Position numbers and translations under genes: made by a program. 43,549 bases of DNA. Origin: Octopus sinensis (lineage: Eukaryota). The notes beneath the pieces were generated by a model. It saw only the letters and a program-made list of their open reading frames with translations, searched no databases and had not been told where the DNA came from. Of the stretch, positions 11,936 to 24,259 are shown one piece after another; the first letter of the stretch is position 1, and the number at the start of each line of letters is the position of its first letter. Where the stretch lies: contig NW_021831848.1 of NCBI RefSeq assembly GCF_006345805.1, positions 1 through 43,549 of the forward strand, given 5' to 3'.

Positions 11936-12429
11936 AAAGAGTGCCTCTCTCAACAACAAGACATTATAACATTTACGATGGCTGCCTACATGATAAACAG
12001 AACGTTATTAAGTATTAAAAAAAACTGTTAGTAGATTTGACGTCAAAGGCAGATAGAAGGAGGAGAAGGGTTAAAGGGAATTGTAAACACACTTATAGAG
12101 AGATCTTACAAATGCAAACACTGGCAGAAACATACATTTTACTCATATAAGTGATTTCGCCAGTCATTATAGTTTGAACAATTAGTTTAACTTGCATTTC
12201 AATTCAATAGAGGAATTTTTCCTAAGCCTTTGAACATTCTTTTAATCAACGCTTCCCTCCCTCTCTATTTGTTCTCTACCTATTATCCTTTTAACCCTTC
12301 TCCTACTCCTATCTGCCTTTGACGTCAAATCTACTAACGGTTTTTTTTAATACTTAATAACGTTCTGTTTATCATGTAGGCAGCCATCGTAAATGTTATA
12401 ATGTCTTGTTGTTGAGAGAGGCACTCTTT

Positions 12430-12511
12430 CTTTCCTGATGAGAAGATTGCATCTTACACCGTTTATTCCTTTGGAATAAAACCATGTTGTCTTCGAAACA
12501 TATGTCGAAAG
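12430..12511 (+). ncRNA. Type-I hammerhead ribozyme, canonical core
   Basis: CTTTC-CTGATGA(12435-41)-GAAGAT...GTCTTC-GAAA(12495-98)-CATATG-TC|GAAAG. Perfect stem I, palindromic stem III ACAUAUGU, GUC cut after 12506. Confidence 0.9.
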
Positions 12512-12574
12512 TAAAGGAATTTTATTAACATCTTCGTTCAACTCTATTTATTTATTTATTCATCTATCTATCTA

Positions 12575-15500
12575 TATATATATATATATATATCACATGT
12601 ACGCACACATACTTCCACACCTATACACCCACCCACACACCCACACACCCCCACCGGCACACACACACATGCCCGTGCACACACACCAGGGACAATACTC
12701 ATATAGATACGCACACTCCTATAAACACCTAGCTGAGACGCACAGATACACGCACGTAAGCGCACACACGCACACAAGCACGCGCATGTACCTTACACCC
12801 ACACAACTCCAAACCCCCACACGCATATATTCACACACACACATACATACGTACACACACATAATACATACATAGATACATTCATACATACATACATACA
12901 CACACACGCATACGCACATACATACACACATACATACACACACATACACGTATGCACACATACATACATTCACACACATGCATACACACATACATACATA
13001 CACACACATACGTATACATACACACATACAAACACACACACATACCCACACACACACGCACGCACACATACATACACACATATACATACATACATACATA
13101 TACACACGTACACACATACATATATACATTCATACATACATACATACATACATACACACATACATACACACATACACACACAAACATACATACACACACA
13201 TACATACACACATACACATACATACACACATACAAACACATACACACATACACACACATACATATACATACGTACATACACACACATACACACATACACG
13301 AATACACATATACATACACACACACACATACACACATACATAGATACATACATACATACACACACACATACATATACATACATACACACACACATACATA
13401 TACACACATACGTACACACACGCACATACACACATACACGCATGCACACATACATATATACACATACATACACACACACATACATACGCACATACATACA
13501 CACACACACTTACATACATACATACACACACACATACATACACACACATACACACATACATACACACATACATACATAGACACATATATACATACACACA
13601 CACATACATATACATACATACATACAGACACACACATGCACACATACATATGTATACACATACATGCACACACACACACATACATACTATACACACATAC
13701 ACATACACACATACATACATACACACACGCGTACATATACATACATACATACACATACACATACACACACACACTTACACACATACACCCGTAAATACAT
13801 ACATACACACACACTTACATACACACACATACATACATACTTACACACATACACACATACAAGCATACACACACGCATACATATACATACACACACACAT
13901 ACACACATACATACATATATACACACATACATACATACATACATACATACATAGATACATACATGCACAAACATACATATACATACATACATACACACAC
14001 ACATACACACACACATAAACACACACACGCACGCACACATACATACACACATACATACACACACACGTACATACATACATACATACATACATAGACACAC
14101 ACACACTTACACACATCACATACACACACATACATACATACATACATACATACATACACACACATACACACACACATACACACACATGCATACATACATA
14201 CATACATACGCACATACATACACACACATATACACACATACACACACATACATATACACACATATCTATACATACATACATACACACACACATACACACA
14301 TACAGGCATGCACACATACATACATACACACACACACACACATACATACACTACATACATAGATACATACATACATACATACACACACGCGTACATATAC
14401 ATACATACATACACATACACATACACACACACACTTACACACATACACCCGTAAATACATACATACACACACACTTACATACACACACATACATACTTAC
14501 ACACATACACACATACAAACATACACACACGCATACATATACATACACACACACATACACACATACATACATATATACACACATACATACACACATACAT
14601 ACATAGATACATACATGCACAAACATACATATACATACATACACACACACTTACATACACACACATACATACTTACACACATACACACATACAAATATAC
14701 ACACACGCATACATATACATACACACACACATACACACATACATGCATATATACACACATACATACACACATACATACATAGATACATACATGCACAAAC
14801 ATACATATACATACATACATACACACACACATACACACACACATACACACACACACGCACGCACACATACATACATACACACATACATACACACACACGT
14901 ACATACATACATACATACATACATACACACACACACACTTACATACATACACACACATACATACATACATACATACATACATACACACACATACACACAC
15001 ACATACACACACATACATACATACATACGCACATACATGCACACACATATACACACATACACACATACATATACACACATATCTATACATACATACATAC
15101 ATACACACACATACATATACATACATATGTACACACACGCACATACACACATACACGCATGCATAAATACATACATACACACATACGTACATACATACAT
15201 ACATACATGCACACACACACTTACACACATACACACACACATACATACGTACGTACATACATACATACACACACATACATACACACACACATACATACAT
15301 ACATACACACATACACACACACACATACATACATACATACATACACACACGCATACATACACACACACATACACACATACATACATACACACACGCATAC
15401 ATATACATACATGCATACACATACACACACATACACACATACACACATACATCCACACACAATATAAAATATAAAAACACACATATAAGCCCTACATTGT

Positions 15501-15800
15501 ACACAACACGCACACATATATACATTCACTCGCACGCACGTACACACACACGCACACACACACATTTACATATATATACTATACACTCACACCACACATA
15601 CACACGTAAAAAACACACACAAACTCACATACACACCGACAGATATACATACACAATATACACCAATCCGCGCACGCACACAAACACACAACACATACAA
15701 ACGCACACATACACACACACACATACACGTACATACATACACACTCACACAAATGAACCCACACATACATGCCTACATACACACACGCACGTACAAGCAC
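12575..15800 (+). repeat. ~3-kb compound (CA)/(CATA) microsatellite with higher-order duplications
   Basis: Almost only A/C/T. Identical 60-nt lines at 13741 and 14401 (660-bp period), plus a 176-bp unit at 14474/14650. Confidence 0.9.
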
Positions 15801-16099
15801 ACACGCACAATACACTAGGTTAAGCAGTTACTCGCCACACACCCACACTCTACGCATACACACACGAACACACACATGCACACACACACAGAGACTACAA
15901 ACAACACACACACATGATACATATACCCCTTTGTTTTTTGACCTGGCTTTGACCTGGCTGGATACAAACAAGCTAGCTGTCATAAAGGAGTGCCTTGTGA
16001 CAGCTAACTTGCCATTGCTTATTATTCACCACACATACACACACAAACACACACGCACGCACAAACACACTTGTCACCCTTGCACACACGCACACACCC

Positions 16100-16393
16100 A
16101 CACACATTCCCTTTTTTTGAAACTCTCTTGCTTTTAAAAATCATGATTCGTCTACCTCTCAACTTCTGTTCTTTCAACATGTGATCTCTTGAGCACCACC
16201 AGCAAAAAAATTTTTTCCTCCGTCTTCCCTTCTTGGGATCTTTCCTTCTCCTTGTTTCCGACGAAGAGCTCCGCTCGAAACGTTAAACCCTCCTTCCCTT
16301 CTTTCCTGAGCGTCAATAATACTTTAATTGTTCCACGTCCTCGCGTTGCTGTTTTTTTCCTCCTTTTTTCTGTTTTTTCTTGTTTGGATTAAC
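16100..16393 (+). mobile_element. PLE-like terminal fragment, HHR family A (core mutated)
   Basis: HHR at 16254-16288: GTTT-CCGACGA-A-GAGC tcc GCTC-GAAA-CG-TT|AAAC (U4C). Ends TTTGGATTAAC into (TA)n. Homologous to 20040-20290 and 42350-42615. Confidence 0.75.
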
Positions 16394-16447
16394 TATATAT
16401 ATATATATTATATATATATATATATATATATTATACATACATATATA

Positions 16448-16615
16448 TACGAGGAGGTACCCAGAAGAATCCGTCCGGAATTTTGCAATGTTATTTTATT
16501 CACTCAGTTTTACATGTTTACACTTTTTCGCCTTCAAAGTATTCTCCATTTGAAGTAATGCATCGTGCCAGGCGCGTTTTCCACCATTCGAAGCAGGGCT
16601 GGAACTCTTGAGAGG
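16448..16615 (-). mobile_element. Mariner 3' terminal fragment
   Basis: TA-CGAGG terminus. Minus translation SQEFQPCFEWWKTRLARCITSNGEYFEGEK is a mariner transposase C-terminus. Confidence 0.7.
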
Positions 16616-17419
16616 TTGGACCTCTGACCAGGCTTTTCGTGGCACCTTTAAAGCCAGGAACTTTTCATCACGCCTTCATGCTTGTGTGTGTATGTACCTA
16701 TGCACGTATGTGTATATACGTAGGATGTATGTTTATGTGTGTATATTTACACACACACACGCACAAGCGTACGCATATGTGCGTAATTGCACTTCTTTTC
16801 AAGATACTGAATTGATTAGAATCAAATCTACGAAAATTTATCCGTGATTTACATCAATTTATTTTCTCGTTTTTAGTTTTACGAAGGACAAACTATAATA
16901 GCATAAAATTTACCATTTCCACCCAGTCCAAAACTATTTTGCAAATGATATTTATCAGTATAACAATCGTTTGACTTATCTCTGGAGATATTTTCCCAAT
17001 CTTTTGATATTTCTCAATTACCCAAACTGAATAAGATTTTTTTGTGTCTCATTAACACAAACTGCCACGTTATTTTACCCGTTATTCCATAAGACAACAA
17101 CTGAGTCTACATAATTTACTTTCTTCCCCCAGGACATATTATTTTTATTGATGGGTGTGTGTGTGTGTGTGTGTGTATGTGTGTGTATGTATGTGTGTGT
17201 GTGTGGTGTGTGTGTGTGTGTGTGTTGTGTGTGTGTGTGTTGTGTGTGTGTGTACTACCATTCTTGCTCGGTCAAAATCAATGACATTCTAAAATAGATA
17301 AGCTGAAACTGATTTTGAATAAATACATTATGCATTCCATATATAATAACATGCATCCCATTACAGAATTATTTCAGCACACCGTACATTGATTTCAATT
17401 TTTGGCAAAAGACAAACAA

Positions 17420-17602
17420 TTTCGGGAGAGGAGGAAAGTCGATTACATCGACCCCGGTGCTCAACTGGTACTTGTTTTATCGACCCCGGAAGGATGAAAG
17501 GCAAAGTCGACCTCGGTAGAATTTGGACTAGAACCTAAAAACGGACGAAATGCTTCTAAGCATTTTGTTCGGCGTGTCAACAATTCTTCCAACTCACCGC
17601 CT
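17420..17602 (-). mobile_element. Family-1-related SINE (degenerate)
   Basis: Minus: GGCGGTGAGTTGGAAGAATT...CCGAGGTCGACTTTGCCTTTCATCCTT...AGTACCAGTTGAGCAC. Confidence 0.75.
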
Positions 17603-17908
17603 TTCAACAGATCATAGGCTAGATTATTAGCAAAGTTCATTACAGATTTTTCGGACCATTAGAATTCGGATTATAAAAGATTCCGGACTCTGGTGGTCCG
17701 AAAACTCTTTTAATCCGCCCTAATTTACGAGCAGGGATCTCAAATGTCTGCAGCCGCCAGCATGGTTTATTAATATCTTGCACAGACCAGTACATTACGC
17801 ATTAAGCTTTATTATCTATACTAATATTTATACTAATATACAAGTACCTGTATTTCATTTAATATTCGTCTAATTTAGGGTTTGACCGCTCCTGGTTCGA
17901 AAAAATCG

Positions 17909-18332
17909 ATGTGGCTGTGTGGTAAGTAGCTATTGGTGCAGGAGTGGCTGTGGTAAGTAGCTTGCTTACCAACCACATGGTCATGAGTTCAGTTCCACTG
18001 CGTGGCAACTTGGGAAAGTGTCTTCTACTATAGCCTCGGGCCGACCAAAGCCTTGTGGGTGGACTTGGTAGACGGAAACTGGAAAAAGCCCGTCGTATAT
18101 GTATGTGTGTATGTTTGCGTGTGTGTGTTTGTCCCTCCAACATCGCTTGACAACCGATGTTGGTGTGTTTATGTCCCCGTAATTTAGCGGTTGGGCAAAA
18201 GAGACCGCTAGAATAAGTACTAGGCTTACAAAGAATAAGCTCTGGGGACAATTTGCTCGACTAAAGGTGGTGCTCCAACATGACCGCAATCAAATGACTG
18301 AAACAAATAAAAGAATAGAAGAATAAAAGAAT
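17909..18332 (+). mobile_element. tRNA-derived SINE (family 2), full length, duplicated 5' head
   Basis: GTGGCTGTG..GTAAGTAGCT occurs twice. GAGTTCAGTTCC B box, internal TG tract, (AAGAAT)n tail. Confidence 0.85.
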
Positions 18333-18609
18333 CTGGAGTGGCTTTGGAACCAAAGGTTCCGGAAAATCACTGGTACCTGTTCCCCCAAAACGGGAACAGT
18401 GTGTTGGAAATTAATTTAGCATTTTATATACATTTGATATGTGGGTTGTATTGAAAGTAAAGCAAAAGAAATCATAACTTTTTTATAAAATGACACAGAT
18501 TGTTCAAATTGCACAAATTGGTAGAGTAACTCTTCTTTTATAGTAACTCTTTTTCTTCTTCTTCTTCATTGCTGAAAAATAATGAGTTCTTGAAGAAGTG
18601 AGTGTGCAG

Positions 18610-19050
18610 GCTGTCCGACATCCATAGCTGTTGAAGGAGATAACATCGCTGACAGGAGCAGTGTGCACAGATAAACGAAGAGGTCTAAAGAAGGTGAAAC
18701 AAACATTGAAGACAAAATGACGATATGAGAGACCGTCAGTCACAACCACTGACAAATCCCCAGACGAGTAACAATCTGTGTGTTTGATACAGGAACGGTT
18801 TTAAGCCAATTAGACGGATTTTTTTTTTAATTGAGCTCTTCGTCAAGAGAAAGGTCCGCGCACGTGCTTGGACGGAGGAAGCTTTGATGAATAAAACTGG
18901 ATTGCGGTCACAATACATTACTTGAGATGGAGGAAAACTTTAGGGATCGTAGAGTGTGAGCAAAGTGGGTACCTCGACAATTGACAATCAATTTTGAGAA
19001 GAGAAGGATTGAATTTTGCTCTGATCTGCTAGAAGCACTTGAAGCCAATA
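18610..19050 (+). pseudogene. Mariner transposase N-terminal remnant
   Basis: DRSSVHR*TKRSKEGETNIEDK*RYERP (EDxxRSGRP motif) and AKWVPRQLT (WVPREL motif). Confidence 0.75.
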
Positions 19051-19171
19051 AAACACACTTTCGCATTCCTTTTGTACAACAGTCTTATAGATATTAGGTT
19101 CTATATATATAAAACTGTTGCTGGAAAACACACAGCACGCACACACACCATATATATATATATATTATAAT

Positions 19172-19213
<42 letters not shown>

Positions 19214-20039
19214 TTCATATATTATGACATACTATATATATATATATCATTCATATATTATGACATATATATATATATCATAATATATGAATTATATTTA
19301 CTATACCTTCACAATATATAAATCATTTTTTATATACTTTCACTGTATATATATGTATAATATAAGCCGCATGTACAAAAGTATACATATTTGCCAGGGT
19401 CAAGGGTAGGAATACTTGAATATTGAGAAGGATGGTGATATTTATTAACTAACGCTACTAACAGGTCTCCACTGACTCGGAATAACAGGGCCCGCAATTG
19501 CCATGCAAACTGCATTAAGAAATCACCTTGACCCCGAATTTAGAAGATATTGTCAAATAGTCACTGCTGCTTTCCAGAATGTACCAGGAATTCAAAAGGT
19601 TTGAGACAATAACCACAAAGAAAAGGAGTTGTTCCCTCAGAGATTGGATAAGAGCATAAAATGAACGAGACAAGAAACCAGCGCAAGCAGAAAGGGATTG
19701 CGGTAAGAAGTTGCGCACTCACAATTCGCAAACTGACAAGCTATAGAAAATATGCATATATGTGCGTGTGTATGTGCATCAGTGTCCCTGTGTGTGTGTA
19801 TATATATATTCATATATATATAGACACAAGAGCCACTCCTAATTCCTTCTTCCTTGACCTTAAACAATACTAAGCTCTACAACACACATAGATTAACAGC
19901 ACAACCGCGCACACACACACACAAACACGTGTTATCATTGCACACATACACACATACACGCACACGCACACGCAGACCTTCGCGCATGCACATATCCACA
20001 CTTACACACACATACCTCCTCTTGCACTCTCCTGTCTTT

Positions 20040-20290
20040 GAAAGAACTTTTCTTCACCCATTTCCTTCCGGTCATTCAAAATGTGACCGCGTATGTACCG
20101 TTGGCGATTTTTTTCCCTCTGTCTTCCCTTCGGGGGATCTTTCCTTTTCCTATGTTTCTGACGAAGAGCTCCGCTCGAAACGTAAAACCCTCCTTCTTCC
20201 TTTCCTTCCTGAGCATCCAGTAATACTATATTTGTTCCACCTCCTCGCGTTGTTGTGTTTTCTCTTGGTGTTTTTATGTTTGGATTAACT
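20040..20290 (+). mobile_element. PLE-like terminal fragment, HHR family A
   Basis: Homologous to 16100-16393. Ends TTTGGATTAAC into (TA)n. Confidence 0.78.
20154..20188 (+). ncRNA. Minimal type-I hammerhead ribozyme
   Basis: GTTT-CTGACGA-A-GAGC tcc GCTC-GAAA-CG-TA|AAAC. Stem I GUUU/AAAC, palindromic stem III ACGU, one extra A after A9. Confidence 0.8.
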
Positions 20291-20311
20291 ATATAATATA
20301 TATATATGTGT

Positions 20312-20344
<33 letters not shown>

Positions 20345-20404
20345 GTGTGTGTGTATGTATGTATATATATATGTGTGTGTGTGGTGAGAGAGAGAGAGAG
20401 AGAG

Positions 20405-20589
20405 AGTTCACGAAAAAACAAAAGACGAAGACAGGTGGTGTACAAAACAAACAGATGTATTAATATAACGCTCAGGAATAGAAAAGTCTTTTACGTTTCG
20501 AGCCTACGCTCTTCTACAGAAAGGGGCACAGAAAAAAAACAAGGAGAGAAACACGGAGAGAAAAAAAGGGAGAGAAAAAGGTTTAAAAA

Positions 20590-20592
<3 letters not shown>
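20405..20592 (-). mobile_element. PLE-like terminal fragment, HHR family B
   Basis: HHR-like motif at 20488-20523, minus: CTTT-CTGTAGA-A-GAGC gtag GCTC-GAAA-CG-TA|AAAG. Homologous to 32478-32660. Confidence 0.72.
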
Positions 20593-20633
<41 letters not shown>

Positions 20634-20637
20634 GTTG

Positions 20638-20858
20638 TACTAGCAAGTAATGTTCGTAGCCTCTTCAACATGGCTGTTCCGTTCGAGCAGAATTTACTGC
20701 GATTTATTTAACCCGAAGAGGAAATCTCCTCTAGCTGGTTAATGATAGAGCTGTGCATCGTTAAGCAGCTACAACTCTTCAGGTTAAAAAATCGCAGTAA
20801 ATTCAACTTGAACGGAACAGCCATATTGAAATGGCTACGGACATTACTTTTCACTAGT
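20638..20858. mobile_element. MITE-like foldback with ~80-bp imperfect inverted arms
   Basis: ATGGCTGTTCCGTTC...GAATTTACTGCGATTT..TTAACCCGAAGAG pairs with CTCTTCAGGTTAA..AAATCGCAGTAAATTC...GAACGGAACAGCCAT. Confidence 0.7.
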
Positions 20859-21809
20859 TATCCTTCGACTTTTTCTAGGCAAAAGGGTTTTTCTAACAAA
20901 TAATTACAGGCTATTTTTTGCAGTTTAATCTACTTCGAATTCTAAAGTTTAAAAAATGAATCATTTCAAGTTCACTCGGACTATATACATGGTCTAACCA
21001 ATAAATATCCGGATTGTTGTTATAGTAACGAAGCTAAAGCACGCAGAATAATGCCGAACTAAAGGCGGTGCTCTAGTACGGCAGCAGTCAAATGACAGAA
21101 ACAAATAAATATATATAGAAATAAACAAATAGAGAGAGAGAGAGAGAGAGAGATTTACATGAGCTGTTGTTGTTGTTGTTGTTGTTAAGCAACAAGACGG
21201 GTAAGTCTTTTTAGGTGATGGTCTAGGGCTTAGGGGCGGGAGACCCCAGACATTGGAAAAAAAAACTTTGGTCGTCTTGTTGTAGTCGAGGGCTCTTCGT
21301 TGACGCCCGACACCACCTCGAAGTCGCTGGAAATGGAGATCTCCAGGTCCAAATTCTTGGACGGCATTTACATGTGTGTGTGTGTAATGCATGTGAATCA
21401 TTTCACTGAACTCCGTTTGGATTTTCCAGTTCTCTTTAATATTCTTCGATTGTCCGAGTATAGGCAGAATCATATGATTATATAGACAATTGTGTTCATT
21501 CACAGATATGAGAATACGCAATGACATCGACAGGAGTTTCACGAGCAAGGAAACTTTGACTGGCTCAGTCACAGACTAATGTCGTAGTCAATGAATCACT
21601 TCATATATAATGTCATTGATGTGGCTTTATTCATATCAAGTCATAGAAAATGTTCAATTTTTAGCTATAATTAGCCGATCGTTTTACTGACAACTGGGAA
21701 AATTTTATAAGATTCAACAACATGGATTCATTGCTAAACGATCCGGTTAACAACACTATGCACTTACTCGAGATGTAATTAAGCAGAATCCTTTGATACA
21801 CACACACGC

Positions 21810-21865
21810 TCACATACATACATACATACATACATACATACATACATACATACATACATACAAAC

Positions 21866-21896
<31 letters not shown>

Positions 21897-22194
21897 CATA
21901 CATACGTAAGTACATTCATTCATACATACATACATACATAAATGCATACATACATAAATACATACATACATGCATGCATACATACATACATACATGCATT
22001 CATACATACATACATACATACATACATACATACATACATACATACATACATAAATGCATACATACATACATTCATACATACATACATGCATGCATACATA
22101 CATACATACATACATACATACATACATACATACATACATACATACATACATACATACATACATACATACATACATACATACATACATACATACA
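21810..22194 (+). repeat. (TACA)n microsatellite
   Basis: Long CATA array at the 3' end of the adjacent RTE fragment. Confidence 0.95.
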
Positions 22195-22577
22195 TGATGT
22201 CTGCCCCCTCGTTATCGAGTATGGCCATTGCACGAGGCTTAACTGTTAATGGTGCTGTGATCGAATGTGACTTTTTAGCCCAGATAAAGACCTACAATGT
22301 CTTGTACAGAATTGGCAACTAAAACCTTTACTGGTAATAGCCGGCTGTAGTTGTAACTGGGCTTCATGTACCTTTGCATGTCGTTTAAGTCCTCCTGCCG
22401 AATTACACTCTCTTCCACATGTCCGACAGATATGATTAGTATGGTGTGTTACACACCACCAGTGGCCAGGTTGTCACTCATCTGTCTCGCTTTATGACTA
22501 CGAAGATGACTCTTTAGTCCAGCTTTACTGAGTCAGGGTCTTTCGCAGACATTGCATGTCAGCGTCATAGGAAGACG
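22195..22577 (-). mobile_element. RTE-clade LINE 3' fragment
   Basis: Near-identical to 10403-10780. Confidence 0.85.
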
Positions 22578-22685
22578 ATTCCTATGCGTCAGGTCACATG
22601 CATACATGCATACATGCATACATACATACATACATACATGCATACATGCATGCATACACGCACGCACGCACGCACGCGCGCATAT

Positions 22686-22749
<64 letters not shown>

Positions 22750-22750
22750 A

Positions 22751-22880
22751 TATTTAACAGAAGCAACAGCGTGACACAGAGTCCGAGAGTTTCGCGCGTT
22801 GGCACTTATCAAACTAATTAGATGAGTACCAAAGCGCGAAACTTTCGGACCTTCAGTCATTCTGTTGCTTCTGCTAAATA
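22751..22880. mobile_element. Degenerate palindromic hammerhead-like element
   Basis: TATTTAACAGAAGCAACAG...AGTTTCGCGCGTTGGCACTTATC pairs with GATGAGTACCAAAGCGCGAAACT...CTGTTGCTTCTGCTAAATA. Each arm has a GATRA-stem II-GAAAC remnant. Adjacent to (TG)n. Confidence 0.65.
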
Positions 22881-22914
22881 CGCTGCTCAACAAGTATCTC
22901 TCATCAATCATATG

Positions 22915-24250
22915 TCAAGGTGTACTTAGTATAGTTTTTATTGCTGATTTCAAATAAACAATTTGTACAGTTTTCAAGATGCGAAAGTTTTTTGGCTTTA
23001 GTTCATGCCTTATATAGAAATTCCAATTAATGACGTGTATGCATGTATTACATTTACATTATGGAAACATACCTTTAAAATAAACTACATTATTCATTAC
23101 TGCATAGTTCAAATGCAATATTTCATCATCTCAAATTTATTAATCAAGTTTTGTCTAATGAAATAGATATTTCAACATCTCAAATTGTCCGGTCGTAATG
23201 GGTCTGATGAAATATTTCATCATCTCAAATTCTATATAACTATAACCGTATAACCGTTTGTATCTATTTTCTTACTTGTTTTAGTGTTAACACTGTCAAG
23301 ACAGTATAGGAATCGTCCTGAAGTGCTTTGCTATGTCTCTGGACAATTCATTGTGAAAGCTCAAAAACGTATAAGAACACCAGAGTTCAAGAATATTTAT
23401 AAGTTATGCTTTGACTGTCCTCTTGGAGATCAGGACAAGTTATGAGCACCACATTTTATCTGTTCAGCTTGCTCAAATGGATTACGTGATTGGTTCAATA
23501 AGAAGAAGTCCATGCCTTTCGCCATTCCAATGATGTAGACGGAACTGAAAGACCATTTCAATGACTGTTATTTTTGCAAAGTAAATGTCACAGGATTTTC
23601 TGTGAAGAAGAAACAGAAAATCGTGTATCCCAATTTGGATTCTGCCATGAGACATGTGCCTCTCGGTGGAAGTCTTCCAATTACAGTTCCACCAGATGAT
23701 GGTATTGAAACATCAGATGATGATGCTGACTGTCACGATAGTTCTGCCGAGGAAGATTACGTAGCTGATGATGATAACTTTGAACTTCAGAAATTTTCCC
23801 AAACTGAACTGAATGACCTTGTCAGAGACCTATCCCTCTCAAAAGATAAAGCAGAACTGTTGCCATCAAGTCTGAAGAAGTATCTGCTAGAGCACGATGC
23901 TTGTACAACTTATTTTCGGCAGAGAAATATGGTTCTACAAACGTGTTTTTCAGTCGAAGGCCCGCTTTGCTTTTGTAGTAACATCCATGGACTTTTCGAA
24001 TGTTTATCACAAAATCATGATCCTGCACAGTGGCGTTTGTTTGTTGACTCTTCAAAACGAAACTTAAAAGCTGTACTTCTCCATAATGGTAATTTGAAGC
24101 CTTCCATTCCTATTGCACACTCCCTTCATCTTCATGAATCATATGAGAATATGGAACTTTTACTTCATGCCATTGCCTATGAAAGGCACTCATCGAAAAT
24201 ATGTGGAGATTTAAAAGTCATTGGAATGTTAATGGGAATGGAAGGCTTGA
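22915..24250 (+). mobile_element. DNA transposon remnant, probably Chapaev-like (CMC superfamily); transposase pseudogene about 23290-24250
   Basis: RNRPEVLCYV, LGDQDKL*APHFICSAC, MPFAIPMM*TELKDHFNDCYFC, ELNDLVRDLSLSK, WRLFVDSSKRNLKAVLLHNGN, ICGDLKV. Contains stop codons and is truncated at the 3' end. Superfamily assignment is from memory. Confidence 0.75.
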
Positions 24251-24259
24251 TTTTGAGAT

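Larger units (their letters stand above)
11681..12565. mobile_element. Large inverted-repeat hammerhead element (relative of 422-962)
   Basis: Arms about 11833-12080 and 12285-12565 are nearly identical in reverse complement, with ~200 bp spacer and left tail 11681-11832. Shares AACCGwTACCwGGGTAGCAAA and CATCTTCGTTCAACTC with 422-962. Microsatellite flanks. Confidence 0.85.

Noticed and set aside
23118-23231. Repeat-spacer pattern as a CRISPR array
   Set aside because: Eukaryotic context, only three repeats, no cas genes, and it lies inside a DNA transposon.
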